Shown in pieces: positions 26,199-34,579 of a DNA stretch of 64,000 nt. Source of the stretch: Patescibacteria group bacterium (GTDB taxonomy: Bacteria > Patescibacteriota > Minisyncoccia > Minisyncoccales > Staskawiczbacteraceae); NCBI GenBank assembly GCA_018829965.1, contig JAHJTG010000016.1, positions 93,537 to 157,536 on the forward strand. The letters are read 5' to 3'. Positions within the stretch are counted from its first letter, which is position 1. The number at the start of each line of letters is the position of its first letter. Both the position numbers and the translations under genes were made by a program. The notes beneath the pieces were generated by a model. That model had not been told where the DNA came from. It saw only the letters and a program-made list of their open reading frames with translations, and did not search any database.

Positions 26199-27056
26199 TT
26201 AAGATTTCGCTTGGTGAACAACTCGTTGAGGAAACGGAATTTCAATCCCCTCTTTGTCAAAAGCAATTTTAATCCTTTTTCTCAATTCACCTGTTACATC
26301 CCACTGCTTAAGTGGTTTTGTTTCTCCGAGAATTTTAATAATAATCGCCGATTCTCCGAAATCATCCACCCGCAAAAATTGCGGAGGCTTTATAATATAA
26401 CTCTTCCACGCACTATCTTCAGCGAGTTCTTGACCAATTTTATTCACCACGGAAATAACCTGCTCAAGATTAGAACCATAAGAAACCCCGATGTTTAAAT
26501 TCACTCTAGCAAAAAGCTTAGAGAGATTAGAAACTTTTTTGATTTCTCCATGCGGAATATGATGAACTGTTCCATCTAAATCTCTTAATGTAGTCATTCT
26601 TAAGCTTATATCTTCAACCAATCCGCAAGTTCCATCAAAACAAACAACATCGCCAATTCGGTATTGATTTTCCATTATGATAAAAAGCCCACTGATAAGG
26701 TCGCGGATAAGGTACTGCCCGCCAAAACCAAAAGCCAATCCAACAATTCCAGCCGCCGCCAGAAGCGGACCTATTGCAAAACCGACTTCCTGAAGAATCA
26801 TCAGAAAAGCAAGAATCCATATAAAAATACCGAGCGAAGTTGAAAAAATTCTAATTAAGGTATCTTCTCGTTTCTTTTCGGCTTCTTTGTTTAAAAAATG
26901 GTCTGCCACAATAAGTTTCCTTGTGAGTTTTTCAATAAAAATACCAGCGAATTTACGGATGATGTGCGCAATAATTATAATTGCGACGATTTTAATTCCG
27001 TGATTAAAAAGCCAAGAAGGCGTGCTTTGGGTAATTTTTTGAATAAAATCTTGCAT
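26199..27056 (-). CDS. mscS: Small-conductance mechanosensitive channel (MscS family)
   Basis: Three N-terminal TM helices, then IMENQYRIGDVV and the beta-domain typical of MscS. Confidence 0.85.
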   Translation of the reverse strand: MQDFIQKITQSTPSWLFNHGIKIVAIIIIAHIIRKFAGIFIEKLTRKLIVADHFLNKEAEKKREDTLIRIFSTSLGIFIWILAFLMILQEVGFAIGPLLAAAGIVGLAFGFGGQYLIRDLISGLFIIMENQYRIGDVVCFDGTCGLVEDISLRMTTLRDLDGTVHHIPHGEIKKVSNLSKLFARVNLNIGVSYGSNLEQVISVVNKIGQELAEDSAWKSYIIKPPQFLRVDDFGESAIIIKILGETKPLKQWDVTGELRKRIKIAFDKEGIEIPFPQRVVHQAKS

Positions 27057-27154
27057 ATTTATGAAAAAATTTTGTCTTTATTAATAATTTATTTTTATTC
27101 TAGCAAAAAATCATTTCTTTAGCAACTCTTTGATTTTCATTTTGTAAAGGCTAA

Positions 27155-28625
27155 GTTAAAACGTCATACCTGTCGGCAAAGTTAAAATGTCATACTTGCC
27201 TCAGGTCTTATCGTTCCACTGCCGATAAAATCGGCTGTTTTTTATTGATTAAAAATTGCTTTCGCCAAGGATGATTGGCTGGTGGCGTCCAACTAGCTTG
27301 TTTTCTGCTTGTAAGAGCCGCTAACTTTATATCCATCTCCTTCTTCGGCCTTTCTGGCAAACAGAAGTAATTTAAACAATGATTTCTCAGAGAAATTTTA
27401 ATCTCGCCGCTTAAATGTTCTTCAATCGTTATTTTCTCTTTCTTGTAAACCGTGGTCGGTTGGGTTTCCTCTAATTGGTAATAATTACCTTTAAACCGAA
27501 TCGTGTAATCATTATTAATTTTTCTTTCTGACTGGACTGATAATATTTTGTCCAATTCTTTCATTTTTTCTGCATCTAATATTTGATGCAGATCGCTTTT
27601 CTTTTTTGGCAACACCGCAAACTGTTTGCTGAATTTAGGAATGAATATTTCCTTTAAAAATTTGCTGGCATCGGCGATGGTGTTAATATTGCTAAGTCTT
27701 AATTCTTTCACTAACCGTCTCTGAAGCGTGTTGTTCATTTTTTCCACTCGGCCATTGGCCTGTGGGCTATTGGCGCTGATTACTCTAACGCCTAACTGAT
27801 TCATTGCTCGTTGAAACTGTGTCATTAACTCCTTATTATCAACTGCATTTTTATGATTAACCTTATAGGTGCTGAATTTGTCTAAATAGATTGATATTGG
27901 CAGGCCGTTGGCTACAAAATATTCTTTCCAGAACCTGAATACCGCCCCTACGCTTTCATTGCTCTCAAATATGGCTCCAGTGAGCTTGCCGGTGGCGTCA
28001 TCCACCGATAGAAGCAAACATTGTTCAAGCCCTAACTCTTTTTCATTCCTACCCTCAAACCAATTATGATAAGAGCCGTCAAATTGCTGCATTTCGCCAT
28101 AGTTGTCTTTTCTTTCTCGCCAAAAATGTTTTTTAGTAATACCCTTTTTCCGCGGTTTCCATAACTGCTCGCTAATCATTAATTTCCTGACAGTTTCTTT
28201 ACTCAATTTCACTTTGTTTATTTCAAATAGTTTTTCCTGAGCCAAGAGAGGATTAAAATCGTGATAATCTTTGTGTAAATATTTCTTGGCTTTTGCTAAA
28301 ATTACTGGGCATGTTTTGTTATGACTAACTTTCCCCCTGTTGCCATGAATAATTCCCTTAATACCTAAACATTTAACAACTGCCTTTATTCTTTTGATTT
28401 GCCTCACTGAGCGAGACAGTAATTTAGCAGCTTCTGCGCCATCTATCTTTTTAGATAGCAGTTCCTTAATAATTTCGTAACGATTAACTTCTTTTTGAGT
28501 CATAGTTATTAGCTGATTTTGATTCATAATTTAGTCTAAATTAATTATTAATAATTTAGATAAATTATTACACAAAACTTGTTAACTATGACATTTTAAC
28601 TTTGCCCGTACTATGACATTATCAC
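27155..28625 (-). mobile_element. Insertion sequence (~1.47 kb), ISNCY-like, with ~38-bp imperfect terminal inverted repeats
   Basis: Left end acgtcatacctgtcggcaaagttaaaatgtcatac matches the reverse complement of the right end, atgtcatagtacgggcaaagttaaaatgtcatag. Single transposase ORF. Confidence 0.75.
27208..28527 (-). CDS. DDE transposase (N-terminal HTH plus rve integrase core)
   Basis: MTQKEVNRYEIIKELL...RSVRQIKRIK HTH. DDE candidates QFDGSYH, IYLDKFS, ANGRVEKMN. Confidence 0.85.
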   Translation of the reverse strand: MNQNQLITMTQKEVNRYEIIKELLSKKIDGAEAAKLLSRSVRQIKRIKAVVKCLGIKGIIHGNRGKVSHNKTCPVILAKAKKYLHKDYHDFNPLLAQEKLFEINKVKLSKETVRKLMISEQLWKPRKKGITKKHFWRERKDNYGEMQQFDGSYHNWFEGRNEKELGLEQCLLLSVDDATGKLTGAIFESNESVGAVFRFWKEYFVANGLPISIYLDKFSTYKVNHKNAVDNKELMTQFQRAMNQLGVRVISANSPQANGRVEKMNNTLQRRLVKELRLSNINTIADASKFLKEIFIPKFSKQFAVLPKKKSDLHQILDAEKMKELDKILSVQSERKINNDYTIRFKGNYYQLEETQPTTVYKKEKITIEEHLSGEIKISLRNHCLNYFCLPERPKKEMDIKLAALTSRKQASWTPPANHPWRKQFLINKKQPILSAVER

Positions 28626-28895
28626 TTGGGCGGGACACCTTTCTTCTGCTGTAGCTTTTGATAATTGCCCAGTTCTAATGCAAGTTGGACAGCGTTGGGT
28701 TGCGTGAAAAAGGAATACTTCAACTTTTTCAGGGCTTGTGAATGATTGCATCGTTTGACTTGAGAACGTATTGTTTTGACTGTTTTGATTGTCTTGAACT
28801 ATTCCAGGCAATCTAGGCGAACCCGAACTGGCAATCACTAAAATTAAAATAATTCCCAATCCGATTACAAACCCGACGATGATTTTTTTGTTCAT
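28611..28895 (-). pseudogene. Membrane-anchored thioredoxin-like (CPTC) protein whose 3' end runs into the IS terminus
   Basis: N-terminal TM helix and HATQRCPTC motif. The last codons (VIMS, stop) are encoded by the IS inverted repeat. Confidence 0.5.
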
Positions 28896-28900
28896 AGCTT

Positions 28901-29875
28901 TTATTTCACAAATAAATTAAAAAGATATCCAATGATAATAATATTTATGGCGGTCACGCCAAAAAAATAAACCAGTAGCTTTATTTTCATTACTCGTTTT
29001 AGTATTAAGGCCTCTGGCAAAGATAGACCCACCACAGCCATCATAAAAGCCAAAGCAGTACCGATGGGAATACCTTTTTCAACTAGCGACTGCATAATTG
29101 GAATAACTCCTACGACATTAGCATACATAGGCACGGCAACAATTGTGGCTATTGGCACGGCAAACAAATTTTCAACTGTAATATATTTTTCAAAAAACCC
29201 AGCAGGAATATAGCCATGGATTAAAGCGCCCACAGCTATTCCCAAAAGAACATAAGGTGTAATTTTCTTGGTTAATGAAAAACCCTCTTGCCAAAAAATT
29301 TTAACAAGCTTTCTAAGAGACTCCTTTTTATTTACAGCTTTACTCTTTTTACTTCTAATCTGCCAGACATAATCAGCTACTTGTTTTTCCAGATTTAATT
29401 TACCCAAAATAAATCCGCCGGTTACCCCCAAAATCATAGCTGAAATAACATATAAAATTGTTATTTTCCAACCGAATAGCCCTGCGAATAAAACAACTGC
29501 CACCTGATTAACAAGGGGCGAAGTGATCAAAAAAGATAAGGTTACGCCAAGCGGAATCCCGGCCTCCAAAAATCCTATAAACAAAGGAATTGAGGAACAA
29601 GAACAAAAAGGAGTAATTGTGCCAAAAATAGAAGATAGCAGATAATCTAAACCATACCATTTTCTGGAGGCCAAAAAATCCCGCAGTTTTTCCACTGACA
29701 GATAATATCTAATTATGGCCATAAAATAATTTATGACCAAAAGTAGAAAGATAATTTTTAAAGAGTCATATATAAAAAAATTCAGTGACGTGCCTAAGTG
29801 CGACACTTTTCCAAGATTAAAAATTCCGTAAACTAACCAATCAGATAATAATTGCAAGGGATAAAATATGTCCAT
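28901..29875 (-). CDS. Permease of the YraQ/ArsP (DUF318) type
   Basis: Polytopic protein with the TPFCSCSSIPLF motif characteristic of this family. Confidence 0.8.
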   Translation of the reverse strand: MDIFYPLQLLSDWLVYGIFNLGKVSHLGTSLNFFIYDSLKIIFLLLVINYFMAIIRYYLSVEKLRDFLASRKWYGLDYLLSSIFGTITPFCSCSSIPLFIGFLEAGIPLGVTLSFLITSPLVNQVAVVLFAGLFGWKITILYVISAMILGVTGGFILGKLNLEKQVADYVWQIRSKKSKAVNKKESLRKLVKIFWQEGFSLTKKITPYVLLGIAVGALIHGYIPAGFFEKYITVENLFAVPIATIVAVPMYANVVGVIPIMQSLVEKGIPIGTALAFMMAVVGLSLPEALILKRVMKIKLLVYFFGVTAINIIIIGYLFNLFVK

Positions 29876-29876
29876 A

Positions 29877-30131
29877 TTATTTTATAATTTCTTTTATGGT
29901 TTCTTTTATTTTTTTTATGTCAGGCGATAAGCCAGCTATTACTGGTTTTCCGCCTATTGCCAAAACGGGGCTGGATATTACGCCCATTTCCACAATTTTT
30001 TGAATATCAGTAATATATTCAACCTCTATTCTCAAATTAAGTTCGTTGACGGCCTGTTTGGTTAATTCAAACAATTTTTTACATGTTGAACAACCCGAAC
30101 CAAGAACTTGTATTTTAATTTCTTTATTCAT
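29877..30131 (-). CDS. Thioredoxin-fold redox-active disulfide protein
   Basis: 84 aa. GSGCSTCKKL CxxC motif. Confidence 0.8.
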   Translation of the reverse strand: MNKEIKIQVLGSGCSTCKKLFELTKQAVNELNLRIEVEYITDIQKIVEMGVISSPVLAIGGKPVIAGLSPDIKKIKETIKEIIK

Positions 30132-30135
30132 ATTA

Positions 30136-30438
30136 TTATAAAAATTTATTCAATAATTTTAGATATTTTTTAATGATAATTTTGTTTAATTTATAAAAAA
30201 CTTTCAAACCGTCTTTTCTTGAAGATATTAAACTAAAACCCTTTAGAACTTTTAGGTGGTGCGATGTTAAATTTTGTGGGGAATCTAAGTATTGCCAAAT
30301 CTCACAAACACACATTTCTTGTTCTTTCAGAATACATAAAATCCTCAGACGATTTTCTTCTGAGATAACTTTCAGAAAATCAACTATGCCCTTTAATTCG
30401 CTCCCCACTTTTTTATTTTTGCAACATTTTATCTTCAT
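30136..30438 (-). CDS. ArsR/SmtB-family metalloregulator
   Basis: ENRLRILCILKEQEMCVCEIWQYL winged-HTH with a CVC metal-site motif. Confidence 0.85.
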   Translation of the reverse strand: MKIKCCKNKKVGSELKGIVDFLKVISEENRLRILCILKEQEMCVCEIWQYLDSPQNLTSHHLKVLKGFSLISSRKDGLKVFYKLNKIIIKKYLKLLNKFL

Positions 30439-30448
30439 AAATTAAAAC

Positions 30449-30470
30449 AATATCAATATGTATTGATATT
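30449..30470. promoter_or_regulatory. Perfect 10-2-10 palindrome, candidate ArsR operator
   Basis: aatatcaata-tg-tattgatatt, 11 nt upstream of the arsR-like start codon. Confidence 0.55.
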
Positions 30471-30507
30471 ATATCAAGCGATTATTTATAATTCAAGCTA
30501 TACAAAT

Positions 30508-30534
30508 AAAAAATCGCCTAAAAGGCGACTTTTT
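30508..30534. terminator. Bidirectional terminator-like hairpin
   Basis: aaaaaatcgcc-taaaa-ggcgacttttt. Confidence 0.55.
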
Positions 30535-30542
30535 ACCAAATA

Positions 30543-30830
30543 CCCACGACGGGATTTGAATTAAAAATAATCGGGAAAAGTTCTGAAATACTTTTACCCC
30601 TCTAAAATATGCCTGTTTTCAGAACCGTCAAAATAAGTTTAAAACAGGCGATTTTCGTCTACTTATTCCGTCGTGCGCGGGCGACGGGCCTCCTTTGCTA
30701 AAGCTACGGACGGCCAAAGGATTTGAATAACGGGTTCATTCACCCACCACAACAACACATAAAAATAAAATGCCCACGAGGGGCATTTATTTTTATGCGC
30801 CCGCGTGAGGATTTGAACCGGACGGGTCAC
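30543..30830 (-). other. Cluster of three decayed tRNA 3'-end-like fragments (integration scars)
   Basis: 30543-30575, 30669-30750 (tgcgcgggcgacggg...atttgaataacggg, split by a hairpin insertion) and 30796-30830. Compare the tRNA-Asp 3' end tgcgcgggtgacgggatttgaacccg. Confidence 0.55.
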
Positions 30831-30854
30831 TCAGAAAAAAGTGCTACGCCATCA

Positions 30855-31445
30855 CTATACAATAATTCCCAATCTTAAAAGTTTTTGGAAATGGTTAGGA
30901 TTATTTATTCTTAAATATTCGACTACTTTACCTCTGACAACAGTGTCAGAATTTATATTATGTCGTTTTGCAAATTCAATAATAGACCTTGTTGCCTCTT
31001 CCATTTCTAATTCTTTATTCGTCATATATTCTATTTCTGTAATAGTATAACCAAAATCCATAAAATCTAAATCGATGTTAAACTTTGACTTTTTATATTT
31101 TCTTCTCGTAGTAGTTATTGCGCAGAAAGGGTTAAATTCATTTTTTACTAAAAAATCGGCGAGTGATCCATCGATATTAGCTTTAAAATAATTTAATATA
31201 TCTTTATCATTTTCTATCTCTTTGTACTGATCTGATACTCTATCTTCAATACACACATTCATTGGAATTTTTAACTCAAACCTATTATCTCTACTACGAA
31301 GCCAAATATCTTTACTTGTTAAAGAATAATTTGAGTCGTCATAATATATATCAGTAAATTTTTTCCCACCTAAAAATTCTGCGCCATCAATAAGAGCTTT
31401 CTCTTGTTCGTTAGTTAAAATAAATTTCTTTTCTACCTCAATCAT
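30855..31445 (-). CDS. CYTH-domain protein (triphosphate tunnel metalloenzyme; CyaB / thiamine-triphosphatase-like)
   Basis: N-terminal ExExK signature (MIEVEKKF). 196 aa. ATGA overlap with the upstream gene. Confidence 0.7.
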   Translation of the reverse strand: MIEVEKKFILTNEQEKALIDGAEFLGGKKFTDIYYDDSNYSLTSKDIWLRSRDNRFELKIPMNVCIEDRVSDQYKEIENDKDILNYFKANIDGSLADFLVKNEFNPFCAITTTRRKYKKSKFNIDLDFMDFGYTITEIEYMTNKELEMEEATRSIIEFAKRHNINSDTVVRGKVVEYLRINNPNHFQKLLRLGIIV

Positions 31446-32212
31446 AAACTTAATTTAGTAATAATAGCTGAATGATCGCTTAATCTCTCTTTCCTTGGAT
31501 TATGTAAATAATAACACTCTTTAATAGACGGCAAAAGGTCTTTTGATACAAAACAGTAGTCATATCTATAACCATCTCCTGTGCGACCAACCCAGCTGTA
31601 ATCTTGTTTTTTGGGATTTAAATGACGAAAAGAATCGAAAAGTCCATAACTTATCAGAGAATTATAAAAACCATACTCCCAATTTTCAAAAAAAGGATAA
31701 TGAGGAGTATGGTTAGGTTCTAAAATATTAAAATCTCCACAAAAAATTCTATTAGAATTATTATTATATAATTGAAATGATTTTCTAAGATTTTCAATAA
31801 ATTGTTTTTTTCTTTGGACTTTATCAAAACTTTTATCTCGCGATGGAATATATGCACCTATAATTTCTACAAACTTATTACTTAAAAATACTTTTACTGA
31901 AACTATCCTAGGCTTAAGATTATCATTTAAATTATAAAAGCCTATCGGCTCTAACTGATGCTTACTTATTACCATTGAACCATATTCTTTTCCATCTGGT
32001 TTTGTAAAAATTACACTATAATTATTTTTTTTAAAATATTCTTCAATAAATGCACACCCTTTACTGTTTTTTGTTTCGGTTAATACAAAAATATCCTCAT
32101 TTCTCTTAGATAACCAATCGACTTGCCTACTCGCCCGTTCAATAGACGGATTTGCTATGTTCCAACAAAATATCGAAAAATTATTTTTTAGATCTTTTTT
32201 CTGCTTAATCAT
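31442..32212 (-). CDS. Exonuclease III-like endonuclease/exonuclease/phosphatase (EEP) family protein
   Basis: CWNIAN, VLTETK, CGDFNI, LSDHSAI motifs. Confidence 0.8.
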   Translation of the reverse strand: MIKQKKDLKNNFSIFCWNIANPSIERASRQVDWLSKRNEDIFVLTETKNSKGCAFIEEYFKKNNYSVIFTKPDGKEYGSMVISKHQLEPIGFYNLNDNLKPRIVSVKVFLSNKFVEIIGAYIPSRDKSFDKVQRKKQFIENLRKSFQLYNNNSNRIFCGDFNILEPNHTPHYPFFENWEYGFYNSLISYGLFDSFRHLNPKKQDYSWVGRTGDGYRYDYCFVSKDLLPSIKECYYLHNPRKERLSDHSAIITKLSL

Positions 32213-32225
32213 TAATACAGTATAA

Positions 32226-32266
32226 CAAAAAAAATCCTTATCGAGAACAAACTCTCAATAAGGATT
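32226..32266 (-). terminator. Rho-independent terminator between the radical-SAM gene and the EEP gene
   Basis: Minus strand reads aatccttat-(16 nt)-ataaggatt followed by T8. Confidence 0.65.
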
Positions 32267-32275
32267 ATAATAAAA

Positions 32276-33370
32276 TTAACCATTTTTATCCTCCGATAAT
32301 AGATCTACTATAGGACAAACTTCTTTGTCCATTCCACCCAACTTATTGCCAGATGCAATAATAGCAGCAGGACAACCCTTTCCGCAAACTGACCTAAGGT
32401 GGCATTTCTGACATTCAGGATTATTCCCTGATTGGCACAACTCTTGAAAATTGTATTTGTCGAGCTTTTTACTAATGTCGGCGTCCTTAAAAATATTTCC
32501 AATGATGAACTCGCTTGATTTATGCTTACTTTGAGGAGTTCTCGCAGCAAATATAAGATACGGGCAAATCGTGACTTCGCCATGCGTAAATACATAAATA
32601 ATATTTCCCGCTTCGCACGAAGAAAGTGGGAGCTTTTGTTCATTTGGAAATCTAACATCTACAACTTCTATCCTATCTCTAAACGGTTGTATAGCTTCTT
32701 TAATTTTTCTCATCATTTCATCTGGAGATCCCAACTCACCAATAGACGCAACCCCTCTTCCCATTCGAGATAGAGGGTTCATAAGCACATAAGATGCATG
32801 ATTCTGGATAGCAAATTCGCATATCTCTGCATATTCGTTTATGTCGGCCAATGTGTTAGGAGTGACTAAAATTCCCCGCAGAAGACGGTTATCTCCCAGT
32901 AACCTAATCCCAGATATTGTTTTTAAAAAGGATTCTTCATTTCCACGAAACTTTCCGTGGCTTTCTGGCTTAAATCCATCTAAACTGACATTAACATGAA
33001 CATCGCCGATATTCGTTAGTGACTCAATTTGCTCCGGTTTTATCACAGAAGCATTTGAGCAAATACCGACTTGAATATTGCTTGCTTTAAATAGCAAAAC
33101 TATATCCAAAATATCTGGATGTAAAAACGGTTCTCCTCCAGTTAAGGTAATACTGACCACTCTGCATTCTCTTAACCGTGGTATTACCATTTTACGAATA
33201 TTATCAATCGACACATAATTACCCTTGGGACCCGCCGAAAGAAAACAATGAGCACAATTCAAATTACATCGTTCTGTAATTTGCAATAATGCCTTACGTT
33301 CTGGTGGCGTAACTGATGACCTAAAATAGCAAGACGATGCCATATTTCTATTAGCAAGTGCTTTCTTCAT
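32276..33370 (-). CDS. Radical SAM enzyme with a C-terminal SPASM/twitch Cys-rich domain
   Basis: CNLNCAHC (CX3CX2C), GGEPF, C-terminal CEAG...CPYL...CQKCHLRSVCGKGCPA. Confidence 0.85.
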   Translation of the reverse strand: MKKALANRNMASSCYFRSSVTPPERKALLQITERCNLNCAHCFLSAGPKGNYVSIDNIRKMVIPRLRECRVVSITLTGGEPFLHPDILDIVLLFKASNIQVGICSNASVIKPEQIESLTNIGDVHVNVSLDGFKPESHGKFRGNEESFLKTISGIRLLGDNRLLRGILVTPNTLADINEYAEICEFAIQNHASYVLMNPLSRMGRGVASIGELGSPDEMMRKIKEAIQPFRDRIEVVDVRFPNEQKLPLSSCEAGNIIYVFTHGEVTICPYLIFAARTPQSKHKSSEFIIGNIFKDADISKKLDKYNFQELCQSGNNPECQKCHLRSVCGKGCPAAIIASGNKLGGMDKEVCPIVDLLSEDKNG

Positions 33371-33617
33371 ATTCCACCTCTCTTTTATTTATTGTTTGAT
33401 TTTCAAAGCCGAAAAACATTTTCGGCGAACTATTATCAGTCTACAACTTTTATGCCAATCCGTCAAATTTTTGGCGAACAAAAAATCCGCCTATTTATCG
33501 GATTTTTTCATTATTTTATCCTATTTTTTCAAATCCCTTCGGGGTCACGGCGACGGGATGTGAACTTTCTCCTATTTTTGTGAGGCCTTCGGGTCTCTCG
33601 ATACTAAAAGCTTCGTG

Positions 33618-33692
33618 CGCGGGTGACGGGATTTGAACCCGTGATCTGATCCGTGACAGGGATCCGAGGACTCCAGACTCCTCCACACCCGC
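33618..33692 (-). tRNA. tRNA-Asp (GUC)
   Basis: Manual cloverleaf: GCGGGTG/CACCCGC acceptor, GATCC-CTGTCAC-GGATC anticodon arm, ACGGG-TTCAAAT-CCCGT T arm, G73. CCA not encoded. Confidence 0.9.
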
Positions 33693-33759
33693 AGGACTAA
33701 ATATAAAAATAATTAAAGTTTTCGTTTTTTGTTTTAAAAATTGGCATTTTTAATTTCTG

Positions 33760-33831
33760 TGCCGACGGCTGGAATCGGACCAGCGACCTTAGCCTTATGA
33801 AGACTCTGCTCTACCACTGAGCTACGCCGGC
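33760..33831 (-). tRNA. tRNA with CAU anticodon (elongator Met or Ile2-lysidine type)
   Basis: GCCGGCG/CGTCGGC acceptor (one G-U pair), GCTC-AGTGGTA-GAGC D arm, loop TTCATAA, unusual T loop TCCGATT. Confidence 0.8.
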
Positions 33832-33835
33832 TTTT

Positions 33836-34528
33836 TTATACGACCCTTAACAAACCTTCTATCCAACCAATAATTTTTCTTCTTATTTTAACCCCTTTAT
33901 GCACAGAAACCCTTACAGTACCATAATGGTTATTATAATTTGAATAAATCTTTTTTGATTTTGTATTAATTAAAACTGTTTTTGTAAATTGGGAAGATGG
34001 AATTTTCGTTAATCTTGACCAATAACCCTCTATTTCTCTTATCCTGTTTTTATGAATTTTGTTTATTCTAATTTGTAACGCGAACCTATCCATAGATACT
34101 TCGCAAACTTCTTTAAACCATTTAAGCATATAAAGAACCATTTTAGGATCTGAATTAGAAAAACTTGTTTCCTCAGCATTCACAGATGTTGTCCCTTCAC
34201 TACAATACATCGCTATCCCACCAATTAATAAATCTCTATTACTTAGTTTCCCAATTTCCTTTAACCCTTCTTCTTTGAGTTTTATTGTCTCTTCTTTTCT
34301 TGCTTTTCTAACATTCTCTAAAAATTTCATCCGACCCTTATAACTACCTTCCATCATTTTTTCGTGTAATCTTTCAATTTGTTTATTTGTTAATTTAATG
34401 TTCCTACACCAACGACTAACTACGCTTTTAGAAACCCTTAATGCTTCCGAAATGTCCTTTATGCTCTCTCCTTTTTCCCTTAATTGAATTGCTTTATATT
34501 TCTCTTTAAATTTTGCCATAGAACCCAC
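33836..34528 (-). CDS. HTH plus LAGLIDADG-like (homing-endonuclease-like) protein, free-standing
   Basis: N-terminal HTH (IKDISEALRVSKSVVSRWCRN). LLIGGIAMYCSEGT resembles a single LAGLIDADG motif. Lies between two tRNA genes, next to the group I intron. Confidence 0.45.
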   Translation of the reverse strand: MGSMAKFKEKYKAIQLREKGESIKDISEALRVSKSVVSRWCRNIKLTNKQIERLHEKMMEGSYKGRMKFLENVRKARKEETIKLKEEGLKEIGKLSNRDLLIGGIAMYCSEGTTSVNAEETSFSNSDPKMVLYMLKWFKEVCEVSMDRFALQIRINKIHKNRIREIEGYWSRLTKIPSSQFTKTVLINTKSKKIYSNYNNHYGTVRVSVHKGVKIRRKIIGWIEGLLRVV

Positions 34529-34579
34529 GTTTAATATTATTATTTAATTATAACGTGGGTTCTAAAATATTGCAATTTG

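Noticed and set aside
30796-30830. tRNA-like 3' segment tgcgcccgcgtgaggatttgaaccggacgggtcac as a functional tRNA gene.
   Set aside because: No matching 5' acceptor strand, D arm or anticodon arm can be drawn, and the T stem does not pair. It is treated as an integration scar or decayed fragment.
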